NCBI GenBank assembly: GCA_002269645.1
Contig: NIVC01000125.1
Location: 34,897 to 98,896, forward strand
Source of the DNA: Macrostomum lignano
Lineage: Eukaryota
DNA length: 64,000 nt
Direction of reading: 5' to 3'
Each line of letters begins with the position of its first letter. Position 1 is the first letter of the stretch. Below, piece after piece: positions 34,801 to 46,400 of the stretch. The position numbers and the translations under genes were made by a program. The notes below the pieces were generated by a model, which saw only the letters and a program-made list of their open reading frames with translations, ran no database searches and was not told the origin of the DNA.

Positions 34801-36933
34801 GGGGTGGAATTCGGGCCAGTTTTAAGATGGAATTCGGGCCAGTTTCGGCATGGAATTCGGGTTAATTTCGGTCTGCCAACCCGCTGGCCTCACCCGGCCC
34901 TCCTGTGCAGGCAGAGCAGCTCTCGCATGGCGGTCGCGCAGGGCAGGTGGCTCAGCAGGCCGTGCAGCCGCCGCCTGGCCGCCGTCCGCTCCGCCAGCCC
35001 GTCCGGCGCGGCGGCCTCCGGGCCGAAGGACAGCTGCAGCAGCACCGCCAGCCTGTCCGCCAAGAATCGACCAGCCGCTACAGCCACCGCGCCGTCACCC
35101 TCTGTCCACCGGCCGAGAGTTTCGGTCAGCCAGGCCAGCCGACGCCGTCGTTCGGACGCGTCCGATGGAGGCCGGACACGCAGGAGGTCGGCGCCGGCCG
35201 GGCCGCTGGCCAACCGGTCGGAGAGAGGCGGACCGACGCCCGGCGCCAGACAGGGCCGAATGCCGAGGCCGGCCAGGAACTCCAGGCCAGCCTGGGCCAG
35301 GGACACGTCGCCAATAGCAACCTGGATTGGAGCGAAAAACAAATGCCGTTTCCAATATTGAAAGCGGCACTTTAATTTGGACAATGTCCCCTCAATATTG
35401 AAAATGGCACTTTAACTTGGACAATGTCCCATCAATACTCAAAGCAGCACTTTAACTTGGACAATGTCCCATCAGTACTCAAAGCGACACTTTAACTTGG
35501 ACAATGTCCCATCAATACTCAAAGCGGCACTTTAACTTGGACAATGTCCCATCAGTACTCAAAGCGACACTTTAACTTGGACAATGTCCCATCAATACTC
35601 AAAGCGGCACTTTAACTTGGACAATGTCCCATCAATACTCAAAGCAGCACTTTAACTTGGACAATGTCCCATCAATATTGAAAATGGCACTTTAACTTGG
35701 ACAATGTCCCATCAATACTGAAAGCGACACTTTAACTTGGACAATGTCCCATCAATACTCAAAGCGGCACTTTAACTTGGACAATGTCCCATCAATACTC
35801 AAAGCGGCACTTTAACTTGGACAACGGCACCGCAATATTGAAAGTAGCACCTTTATGTTACAAGTGGCGCCCCTCAACACTTCAATTTTGAAAACTGACC
35901 CCTCTAGTGGCGGCCTCTATGCAACAAAAGCAATTTGTGCCAGACCTTGTCGACGTTGCCAGGCTCCTGAGCGGCCTCAGCCAGCCAGTCGATGCCAGCC
36001 GCCACAGCCCGCAGGTAGCGCCAGTAGAGCAGCGGCTCAGCGGCGGCCTCAGCCACGGCGGCCGTCCAAGCTGACGGCGAGATGGTGCCGGCTCTGGCAG
36101 ACGCCTCGGCAAGGAATGCTTCAGTCTTGGCAGCAACAGCGAGGTCCAGCTGCGAGTGACTGGAGCCTCCGCCACTGCTGCAGCTTCCAGCATCAGCCTG
36201 TTCGCCAGTGCTCCATCTGAGCAGTTGGTGGAGAGCAGATCGAGCTGCTGACAAATTTTCTGACTGAAAAATTATTTATGCAGAGCCAATAAAAGTACTT
36301 TGTCAAAGTGGTATCTTGCTCGTTCTCTCCATAAAGTATCTAGGATTATCTTTACTGATAAGTAGCATATTTAAAACTGTTTTTAGTATAGATTTAGGTT
36401 TAAATTTTTGATTCAGGTTTAAGTTTAAACTATATTAACCTATATACCTATGGTTGTAGTGTCATTATCAACTTTAAAAAGTCATTTTAAAAACAACTTT
36501 GAGATATTAATAACAATAAATTATAATTATAATCACACCTATTAATTTTGTATTCATTCAACAAAACTATGAGTATACTTATGCAATATACATAGAAATG
36601 TTTTTCATGAAATTTGCATTATTTCTGGAATATAAAAATGGCTAAATAACCTAAATTCCTTTTTTCTTTTTTTCTGGGAATATATTTCAAAGAAACAACA
36701 AGGTAGTAACTCAATTCTAAGGACAAATAAGGACAAAAGAGCTATAGAAAGAATCAAGTATATGTTAAATTACAAGATAACATTATATCTGCTACTTATA
36801 AGCATTCAACCAAATAAAATATTTCTAGTATACATGTCTCTAAAATGATCCTAATATAGAATTAAACTATTTTTAAAAACTATACTAGTAGACATTGAAA
36901 AATATCTACCTTAATCGAGGCCCAGTGAGCCAT
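28891..36933 (-). CDS. TANGO6: Transport and Golgi organization protein 6 homolog; exons 36933-36910 (tentative), 36263-35946, 35321-34894, 34520-33412, 32939-32254, 31361-31029, 29403-28891 (about 1136 aa)
   Basis: Recognised motifs GLGIRPCLAPGVGPPL, LLSEQLLQRPDGV, LRLRIGE, GARDPEPQLRASAVSCLAELC. All junctions are GT-AG and phase-consistent (total 3411 nt). First exon is the least certain. Confidence 0.88.
29447..30955. repeat. Intronic minisatellite, 30 bp unit (GAATGCAGCTTGTGAAGATTGAGGCTGTGG), about 50 copies
   Basis: Fills the last TANGO6 intron; two deleted units about 300 bp apart indicate block duplication. Confidence 0.97.
31515..31635 (-). mobile_element. SINE family 2 fragment in TANGO6 intron
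   Basis: CGCTCACACAGGGTGTACA..AATTTCTTATCGTCAGGCATGTAAAC..GCACGAGCCCCAAAT. Confidence 0.65.
31850..32245. repeat. Degenerate AATC/ATGC simple repeat (AATCAATCATGAAATGC)
   Basis: Low-complexity tract next to the TANGO6 donor at 32253. Confidence 0.85.
33135..33345 (-). mobile_element. CORE-like SINE (family 1), longest copy including 3' tail
   Basis: Minus strand CGTCGGACTCACGAC..GGTTCGATTCCCG..GTGTCCTTGAGTAAGACACTTAACTCTGTATTGCTTCAGTTCACCCAGCTGTAAAATGGG. Confidence 0.75.
33780..34075 (-). repeat. 39 bp repeat in frame inside a TANGO6 exon (about 8 x DDVITSSKPDDSK)
   Basis: GATGACGTCATC motif recurs every 39 nt; reading frame stays open. Confidence 0.85.
34640..34870. repeat. Intronic minisatellite, 22-23 bp unit (GGAATTCGGGCCAGTTTCGGGAT)
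   Basis: Degenerate direct repeats in a TANGO6 intron. Confidence 0.85.
35355..35850. repeat. Intronic minisatellite, 40 bp unit (CACTTTAACTTGGACAATGTCCCATCAATACTCAAAGCGG), about 12 copies
   Basis: Direct repeats in a TANGO6 intron. Confidence 0.95.
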
Positions 36934-38013
36934 TTCTCTCCAATCACAATTGCAATTACAAGTAATGCAACTAGCATCGCCATCCTGTGGTTGTAGTTAT
37001 GGGAAACGATATTTTAGAATAGAATAGGGTAGATACTTTTAATGTCTACTAGCCTAGTATATAAGCAATATTATAAAATATGCTTTATATATTGTTCATT
37101 TATTTTCTTCTGAGTTGCACTTTGAGTTTGAGGCTCTACCCCTGCTTTTTTGAAAAGTAAAAATAAAAGTTCCCTGAAAAGATCTTTCAAACAGATTTTT
37201 TCATGCTAGACTATATACCAGGCAAAGTAGGCCTAGGCAAATGCACATTGGAAATTATGATTTGCACGCAACCTTCCTAAGTAAATATATAGTAGCCAGG
37301 GAAATTAAAAGGAGTTAATAATAAATTGAACATACTAATTCAAACCTGTGTTGCAAAGTCTCTTTTTGATTAAATATTATAATACGTTTTGCAGCTACAG
37401 GCAGCTTTTAAAGGTTTAGCACTTAATTAGCACTTAGTATTATAATATTTTCAGTTTTCAAATTAAGTTTCAGCAAACTTTTGAAGTAAAGAAAAATGCT
37501 AATATTCATATAAGGCACTTGAATAAATTTTAAATTCATAATTTAATGATTCAATAACTTGTAATTTCGTCAAACTAAAACGTGATGTATCAATTGTTTT
37601 AAACAGATTTTATAACCCTTTTAGAATTTATGAAGCGTATGAAAAAACACTTAAAAAGTAGGCCACGATGCTCAATCTTTTCTTCGACTTTAAGTTTACT
37701 ACGTACTGTTTTTAAATTATTGCACAATTGAACAAATCGATCATATTCATATTTGTGCATTTCCAATGTAAATAAGCGTTCTATGAAATGGAATGTTAAA
37801 CAAAAAATAAGTACGTATACAAGTTCTGATCTCTGAAATTTGTAATTAAAATTGAAAAAAAGAGAAAATTAATGCAAAATTGCATGCATTTAATTCCTAA
37901 ATTAGAGATTGATCGCTGCGTTTTAACGGCCTGTGGTATAATTTTTTTTCAATGTGAACTGTGAATGTACAGTATATTATGCGTATTTCGGTCTTCCGTG
38001 CAGAAAATACATG

Positions 38014-38382
38014 GAGCCTCTTCATATCACCGGTTCGAAAAACAGAACCGGTTCGACGCTCTTCATATTGATGGTTCGAAAAACAGAATCAGTTCCGCAA
38101 CATGGTTCTGGTTCTAGAATATGGTTCGAGAAATTTTCTCGAACCGTTGTCATGTTTACACTTTAACAGTAAAATATATTTGAAATCGTAAATTTTTTAT
38201 TATTGCTATATAATTATTCCTTTTTTGTCATATCCAAGAGAAAACAAAGTCAAAGAACTACAAAATTAAATTGTAAAGACTGTCAAACATAAAATGGGTT
38301 CGAAGCTCCTCATTTCACACTGGTTCTTGTTCTAGAACTCGAATTTATTCTGGTTCTAGAACCGATTGCCGTGAAGAGGCTC
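38014..38382. mobile_element. MITE, 369 bp, PIF/Harbinger-like
   Basis: Perfect 11-bp TIRs GAGCCTCTTCA (38014-38024) and TGAAGAGGCTC (38372-38382), 3-bp direct flank ATG on both sides, internal GGTTC/GAACC palindromes. Superfamily inferred from TSD length. Confidence 0.7.
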
Positions 38383-38519
38383 ATGATGAGTAATGACTTT
38401 CAGACACAGATATGATGTGACGGCTCATGAGCTCCTCACCCTGTACTGTACTTTTGCCAGTAGAAATGGCATTTTCTTCTTCCCTGTTTCTTCTCCTTAT
38501 ATGCGCTTGCCTGGGGCGC

Positions 38520-38860
38520 ATTCCGCACCGTTTTGTCCTTTACAATGCTGAAACGTGGACACCGGACCGGCCCGCATGAGCGGCGACTCGACGCGACTCG
38601 ACGCCGCTCACGCTGGACTTCTGCGAGCCGCCTTCGGTGTCCACTATTTGCCTTCGCCGACCGCCACCACCAACACTACTGGCAATGACGAGCTATACCG
38701 ACGGACCCAGCTCTCCCCACCCCAGCCAGCTGCTGCCCATCTGGCGCCTACAGCTGGCCGGCCACATTATTCGAGCAGAGCAGTACTGCCCTGAGCCGCT
38801 GCAGGACATGCTGCTGCTATCCCTTCAAGGGCCGCGGCGTCTCCGGTCAGGCGTTGAGAT
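38520..38860 (+). mobile_element. 5'-truncated, frameshifted non-LTR retrotransposon remnant (RTE-like ORF2 C-terminus)
   Basis: Piecewise translation VLYNAETW..ERRLDAAHAGLLRAAFGV..NDELYRRTQL..LQLAGHIIR..QGPRR matches the typical post-RT region of RTE-type elements. Confidence 0.7.
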
Positions 38861-40457
38861 GTCTGCGTTTCGTCGACCTTTTTTGTAAAGAGACGTTGTG
38901 ATTTCTGAGCCTCGCGGACTCGCTGTTCTGCGCAACTTTGTGCTTGCGCGCGCTTTTTGACAGCAACTCAGCTTGGCTTTGTCCAAGGCTGCTCTAGTTT
39001 GTTGTTGTTGTTCTCTTTCCTATATCTGTTTTTCTTTTTTTGTCTCCCTTATTACATGTACAAGTGCTTGTCTCTTGCTATCTTCTCTTAGCTAAGGGAC
39101 CCAAGCTACTTGCCACACCTATGTTACCTTGGGGCTGACCAGCTGACAGGAGCTGTAGGCCTAAGCACTAAGTGATTAATTTCTATGCCCTAAGGCCCGA
39201 CAATCCTCTGATCAAGGGCTTATTAAGAAAGGCCGAATCCATCATGCAGTACAAGATTGGCTTTGCCAGCAAGGAAATGTAATCAATGGAACTGATGTTT
39301 TTCGATTTTCGCACTATGCTCTTACAGTTATCAATTTTTGAGTAGCTAAGAGACTGAAAACATTCGATTGAAGCAATTTTGGAAACTCGAAAGTATTTAT
39401 TGTAGCCACGTAACTGCATTAACCCCCGATCCCGAACTGAAGGACAGCTCAAAGAAGATTGCGAAAAAATCCGGGCGTTTCTCGTACGCGTATTTCTTGG
39501 ATTAGATTACGCGTTGCCATGCATCTTCTAGTTGATAGATTAATACAGGTAAACTAGCAAAATCATTCATCAAGCTCTGTATTGATCTTTAGCCACTGAA
39601 TTTTGCGCAATGTGATCGAGTCTCAACTCGGATTCGATTTCATTTGAGCAAGCAGAAAGCAGCAGCAGGTACTCGTAGATGTTTATTGATTGTCATATCC
39701 AGCTTTGCTTTACTTTTTCGGTGCAAAATCTTTTTTCAACGGAACTTTAGCCTAATTCCCTAAAGTTGTTTCTTTTATTGAACATCAATACGCTGCCTGA
39801 TATCGATTGATCGATCTTGTATAAACATATGTACCTTTGATTCATTTGAGTTTTATATACTTTTCTTACAATACAAGCTGTTTTACAGCGTGCATCAAAT
39901 TACATCAGCTTAGGCTTCTGAGTCAAGGTTGTTTAACAGATGTAGCTCGCATAGCTATGAGTTGGTTGCAGAACAGAGTTTTTTTAAAAAATACAAGTTA
40001 TATATCTTCCCTGTCAAGTAGCATGCTTTAGAAGCTGGATAAAAGACACGATTGAGGCTTGCGTCCTTAGTTTTTTGTCCGCGATCGGTGATCTGAGAAG
40101 GTTCAGCAATGCTAGCTAACTGTTTTTGCAACATAGGATAAGATTTCTGGGTTTTTTTACCCAAATGTTGGGGTATAAAAGTGCTAGCAGAAATTTGTTT
40201 TGCTTGCAAATTTGTCTGTTAGTTGCAGTAAGACTTTCAGCGCTTGTTCCGAGACCCAGATCCAAATGTTGGTAAGAAATTCTATTCAAACATCTTATCT
40301 ACTGCAGTAGCCGCGTGCCTTTTAATCAGAAAAAGCTCGTATAGTTTTTAATTTAGCTGTTTCTTGTTTCTTGTTTAGTCTTTTCACAGTCCATTGGCAT
40401 CAAAAATGACAATTTGAGCTAACAAAAGTTTCTACACAAACATAACAAACAGTTTGT

Positions 40458-43400
40458 ATGTTTATGCCAAAACAGAAACTTCCCTCGATACCGCTGCTGC
40501 TGGCGCTGGTGCTACTTGGCGTACTTCCCGGCGCCCGATGCCTGAACTTCACAATCGCAGTTGTGTCCGAGGCTGGTTTGATTAACAGCTCCCTAATTGA
40601 TGCCACATTTAATCGCTACCTGAACTACAATTGGCGTTTGCTGCCCGGCCACTCCGTGCGCTACCGGGAGTTTGTGGTGGATCCGACGGCCGGCTCTGCT
40701 ATACAGGCTGTACAGCAGAGTGCGTTGCTTCTGTAGCAGTGACTGGTTGGCTGAGGCCGGAAGTTAATTGGCATGAGTTAGCCTGTGGTTGGTTCAGTCA
40801 GAAGCGTGCTTTTCCGGGAGTTGTTTGGCTCGTTCGATCGAGAGTAGCTTGGTTTAGTCAGTTGTTTGGCTCGTTCGATCGAGAGTACCAGGTAGCTTGG
40901 TTTAGTCAGGAGTTGTTTGGCTCATTCGATCGAGAGTAGCTTGGTTTAGTCAGGAGTTGTTTGGCTCATTCGATCGAGAGTAGCTTGGTTTAGTCAGTTG
41001 TTTGGCTCGTTCGATCGAGAGTAGCTTGGTTTAGTCAGGAGTTGTCTGGCTCATTCGATCGAGAGTAGCTTGGTTTAGTCAGGAGTTGTCTGGCTCATTC
41101 GATCGAGAGTAGCTTGGTTTAGTCAGGAGATGCAATTGGCTCATTCGATCGAGAGTAGCTTGGTTTAGTCAGGAGTTGTTTGGCTCATTCGATCGAGAGT
41201 AGCTTGGTTTAGTCAGTTGTTTGGCTCGTTCGATCGAGAGTAGCTTGGTTTAGTCAGGAGTTGTTTGGCTCATTCGATCGAGAGTAGCTTGGTTTAGTCA
41301 GTTGTTTGGCTCGTTCGATCGAGAATAGCTTGGTTTAGTCAGGAGTTGTCTGGCTCATTCGATCGAGAGTAGCTTGGTTTAGTCAGGAGTTGTCTGGCTC
41401 ATTCGATCGAGAGTAGCTTGGTTTAGTCAGGAGATGCAATTGGCTCATTCGATCGAGAGTAGCTTGGTTTAGTCAGGAGTAGTCAGGAGGATTAAAACTG
41501 AAGATGTCAGGCTCTCATTAGCTTCAGTGAGAACGTTTTAGTATATATCTAGCAATCGTATATCAAACTACGAGTGTCCCATATACTAAAAATATTTATC
41601 TTAAAATCTTCTGCATCTTTGGATCCCAACAGTCTGCGGCGGGGCCTCCCCACCCGACAGCTTATCCGGGCTGATCGCTGTGGGCGGGTGTCAGCTTGTG
41701 CGCGAATCCAGCGCTCTGGCTGCCACCATGCAACTGCCGTTCGTTGGCGTCCCAGTCGGTCTGTGTGGCAGCCCGCTTGCCAACGGTAAGTGAGGGGCGC
41801 CAGAAAGACTGGGTTGTCGCAGGTGTTATATTAGGCCTAATTGAGACTAAAAAACAATAATTTTAACTCTAGAAAATGATGGCGTTGTGGCTTGGAACCG
41901 TCCGGACGACAGTTGGTCCGCTGCCATTGCTGTACTGCAGCACACCAAAGCAACAAGTGCGGCCATCATCTACGACAGCGCGCAAGGTAAGCTAGCCGTG
42001 TTGCGCCTGATAATCCACGGGAGAGCGACCCTAAACCATGCCTTAGACCGGAAGGGTAGCGGCCTTGAAAGACCGGAAGGTTAGCGGCCTTGAAAGACCT
42101 GAAGGGTAGCGCATTCTTTGAGCTCCAGAGTGAGCTAAATATTGAGCTAAGCAATGAGCTAAGCAACTAAATATTTCTTCTTCCACATCTGTACATGTAG
42201 ACCTCTCCCAGCTCCAGTCGCTGCAGTCGAATTTGTCTTCCCGCGGCATCAGCACGCTGCCATTTCAATTTGACTCGGCCGACCGCTCGCTGTCTGGACA
42301 CCTGACTCGGCTGGTGAAGCGTCGCGTCTATCGACTGGTGGTGGCGTCCCGGCCAGCCTCCGCAATGGCATTATTGGCAGCTGCTGCCGAGGCGCAAGTG
42401 CTACAGCAGAACTACCTCTGGCTGCTGGTGGACACCGGCTACACTCAGGCGCAGCTGGTGAAGGCCGCTCTGGACAACAGCAACATCCTGCTGCTGCGCG
42501 GCGGTGGGATGGCCACAGCTGCCGGGTGTCCGACAACTCTGGCCAGCTTTCTGCCGGGCTGTCAAGCAGCTTGGCTGAGGGTACGAGAGAGGGCGGATTG
42601 CAACTGTACAGCTCTACTCTGTACATCCCTACTCTGTACATCCCTACTCTGTACATCCCTACTCTGTACATCCCTACTCTGTACATCCTTACTCTGTACA
42701 TCCTTACTCTGTACATCCTTACTCTGTAATCCTTACTTTGTACACCCTTACTCTGTACCATCTACTCTGTACATCCCTACTCTGTACATCCCTGCTCTGT
42801 ACACCCCTACTCTGTTACACCCCTACTCTGAACACCGGTCCTATACCACCCGCACATCAGGTCAGCGATATTCGCTTTGTGGACGCAGCCGAGTCGCTAG
42901 TGTTGGCCATCGGCGACCAGCTGGCCAGTGGCGGCCTGTTGCCAAGCAACGCCACGTGTCTACCAACGAAACTGCAGGCTTGGACATCCGGGGAGGCCGT
43001 GAAACTGCGTTTGCTCAATGTACGAATTGATGAAGCTACATTATGGCACCCAAATTGTCGTGTTTTTTATCACTGACTCACAAAACAAAAACATTTAAGA
43101 AGCACTGACCTACAAAACCAAAAATAAGTGCACTGTCACGAAGGGCCTTAAAGAAAACATTCCAAGGTGGCGTGCAAGGCTATGGATGAAAAAACGAACC
43201 CAAAAAACTTAAGCAAAACTCTTTGTTAAAACTCACTCTGACCAAAAAACTACGACCATCCAATTACACGCAACCCGACATCCCGCAGATGAGCAGTCGC
43301 ACCACTGGCCGGGGATTAATCTCCTACAGTCCCGACAGCCGACATTTCACAGCCTACGGCATTGAGCTGATCGGCACCTTCAATGCGCGATTCAACGACC

Positions 43401-46400
43401 CTTTGACAATGCTGATATCTGGCAGCTACCTGCCGGACACAGACTCTCTGGCTCTGACCCACCGAGAGAAGGATCGCACCCTGGCATTCCCGAACCAGTT
43501 CACCGGGTTCAAGAATGCCACCCTGATTCTCTGCTCTCCGCCGGTTCGCGAACAATCCTTGCTACAATTGTGACATGTGGATTTATTGCAGGGGATTGCT
43601 AAGACGTCAAGGCTCACGGGAATTGCTAGAATGCTGTGACTCTTGGAGTGAATTGCTGAGATGTCAAGGCTTACGGGGGAATTGCTGAGATGTCAAGAGT
43701 TACGAGGGAATCGTTGAGATGGCTGATGGTGTTAAGGCTGAGAGCTCCGAAGCTATACTCAACAACATTAAAAAGTCGAAAGACACTGCTCACTGGGGCA
43801 AAGGGTGGCGACTTTTCAATGTTGCTGAGTATACATGTAGTCTTTTTCAGAAATTTTGATTTTTATCTTTGTTGGCTTCCCAATGGGGGCGCTGATTGCT
43901 AGTCCATATACTAAATTTGGTGCAAAATTGGAATGTCGGCTTGGCTCTGCTCGTGGAATTAACGCACTTGAGGGCCAACCCCAAGGCACAGTGAAGTGTA
44001 CATGACTAACGATAAAAAAATTAGCGTCGCTGTACACTTCTGTGTGAGTGTGGGCCTGTGCGTATGACTGCGTACGTATCCGCGCGCTTGTGTGCCTGCT
44101 CAGGGGAGTCGGCGGAATGGGCAGTAATGCCTCTCGCCGGTTGTGTGACAATGTCGCTTAAAGTGCACCAGGATGCACACAGCCTCCTGCCTCTAATAAA
44201 ATGATGTACATTTAGCCAGGACACGGGGGTCCTGGTCATTTTACTTGTAAACATTGCATAATCAATTGCAGATTTGCATGTCACTACGATCGAAACATTA
44301 ACGAACACTTTTACGCTTTCCAGTTTCCGCCATTCATTGACATCGCCTCAACTGGGCCAAATTTAACCTACGTTGGTGTTGGCATTGCTAAGGACATCTA
44401 CGATATCCTTGGTGCTCAACTGGATTTCAGGCAAGCTGGGAAGTTTACTTGCAGTTGTTGATTGTTCAGAAACTTGAAGGTCTGTTCCCAATTCAACTTG
44501 ACTTTCAGATTCGTCTACAAGCTGCCGGTGGATGGCCAGTGGGGAGGAGTGATTCCCGGCAGTCCGTACATGTCTGGCTGCGTAGGCGAAGTCCAGAAGG
44601 GGGTGAGCTGACGACTGCTCTTCATGGGTTAGATGCTCAGTTAAACTCGCTCAGCCTCACCCAAATCTTCATCCCACTCTCAACCAGCCCAGCCTCCGAG
44701 TGTCCCATCCAGATCATCATCCTGCTCTCAAACAGCCCAGCCTCCCAATGCATCATCCAGATCTTCATCCTCCTCTCAACCAGCCCAGCCTCCCAATGCA
44801 TCATCCAGATCTTCATCCTGCTCTCAACCAGCCCAGCCTTTCATTGCCTCATCCAGATCTTCATCCTGCTCTCAACCAGCGCAGCCTCTCAGATCCCCAT
44901 TTTCCCCGCCTCACCCAGATCTCGGACATGGGTGGCAACGCATTCGCCATAGTCAGCAAGCGTCAAGAAGTGGCTGACTACTCGGTGCCGCTCTACGAAG
45001 AGAAGACGGCCATCATGCTGCCCCGGCCCCAGCCGCCGCCAAAGCTATGGAACGTGATCAGGCCGCTGCAGCTCCAGGTGTGGCTGACAGTCCTCGGGGC
45101 TCTAGTCGTATCGGCCCTCACCACCTGGGCATTTGCCTGCTTTAGCCCATTGTCGATGTGGAACCTCGGCGTAGAATACGCCATTGCCGACGAGGTGTGG
45201 CTGCAGGAGTACATCTGGAGCGCTATTGGCAGCTTCCTCCAGCAGGGACAGGATTTTTATCCCACCTGCATGTCGTCGCGCATCGCGATGGTGTTCTGGT
45301 GGTGCTTCACTGTTATAATCTACGCTTCTTACACAGGTGCGTAAGCGCTAACTCGTATGTCTGGCTTTTATTAAGCCATGTGTACACCCTGTGTGAGTGC
45401 GTGCCTGCGTACGTAGCTTTTGTCCCCCATGTAAAATCAAGCTATAGCAAGCAGGTGAAAAGCAGCTCACATGCTGGGAAGAAATCCAGAGTTGAGTTCA
45501 ATTCTAGGATTGCAACACTTCAATCGAGTCAATTGCAACAATTCCCATTTAACTATGGGAATGGAGTGTGGGACTGCGATCCCAATCGTACTTGAGATGA
45601 CTTGCTTGTACTTGACTCAGCTGTAGGGAGTTCCGGGCATCCGGATACAGCGGGGAGGCGTCGACGACCACCCCATTCTGCTGGTGCTGCGGTGTGGTTC
45701 AGGGAGATCCGGTGTCTGCAGCAGCGCGGTCCCCCTCCAGAGAGTGCAGGAGGTGGATTGTCGCTCGCCTGGTAGCCCTTCTAGGTAGCGGACGAGCTGG
45801 CAGAAACTCTCGGGCATGAAAACGTCAGAGAGATTCTAGAGTTTGGGCCGAGGTGGGTGAGTCTGTCCTGGGTTAAAGGCGGGGCAGTCACAGATGAAGT
45901 GCTCCGCATTCTTGACACCGGAGAGCCAGAGAGGCCAGCTTCTGAGTCTACATGTACACTCTCCGTCAGCTGGTCTTAACCCCTGAGCCAGGACCTTGCA
46001 TGTGCACACAGGCGTTCAAGGTTGGATCGAAATACCAGTGTGCAATCTACTCCCAGGTGACCTGACCTCGGCTCTGACAGTCTCCGTGGAGACGGTCACC
46101 ATCAACAGCCTGGAGGACCTGGTCTCGCAGTCTGCCGTTCCATTCGTTGTACCGGCCGGCACCAACTGGGAGCTGCTGTTTCGAGACTCGGATTTTCCGA
46201 CCTACAAGCTGGCGGCCCAGAAGATGCGAACCGTGCCCGGCATTGTCGAGTGTGGCGACGCGGTGAGTCCAAGGACCTTTAAAATTTGTTTGATCGTACC
46301 TGGACTGGAAAAAAGCAGGGAAAACTTTTTACTTGTTTCTATCTACGAGCTATTCCCAGATCCCAGATCGCAGATCCCAGATCGCAGATCCCAGATCGCA

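Noticed and set aside
28167-35375. Numerous overlapping antisense and alternate-frame ORFs over GC-rich exons
   Set aside because: Shadow ORFs expected from GC-rich codon usage; no recognisable domains.
39190-39280. Short protein-like frame DNPLIKGLLRKAESIMQYKIGFASKEM
   Set aside because: No convincing acceptor, upstream exon or family match.
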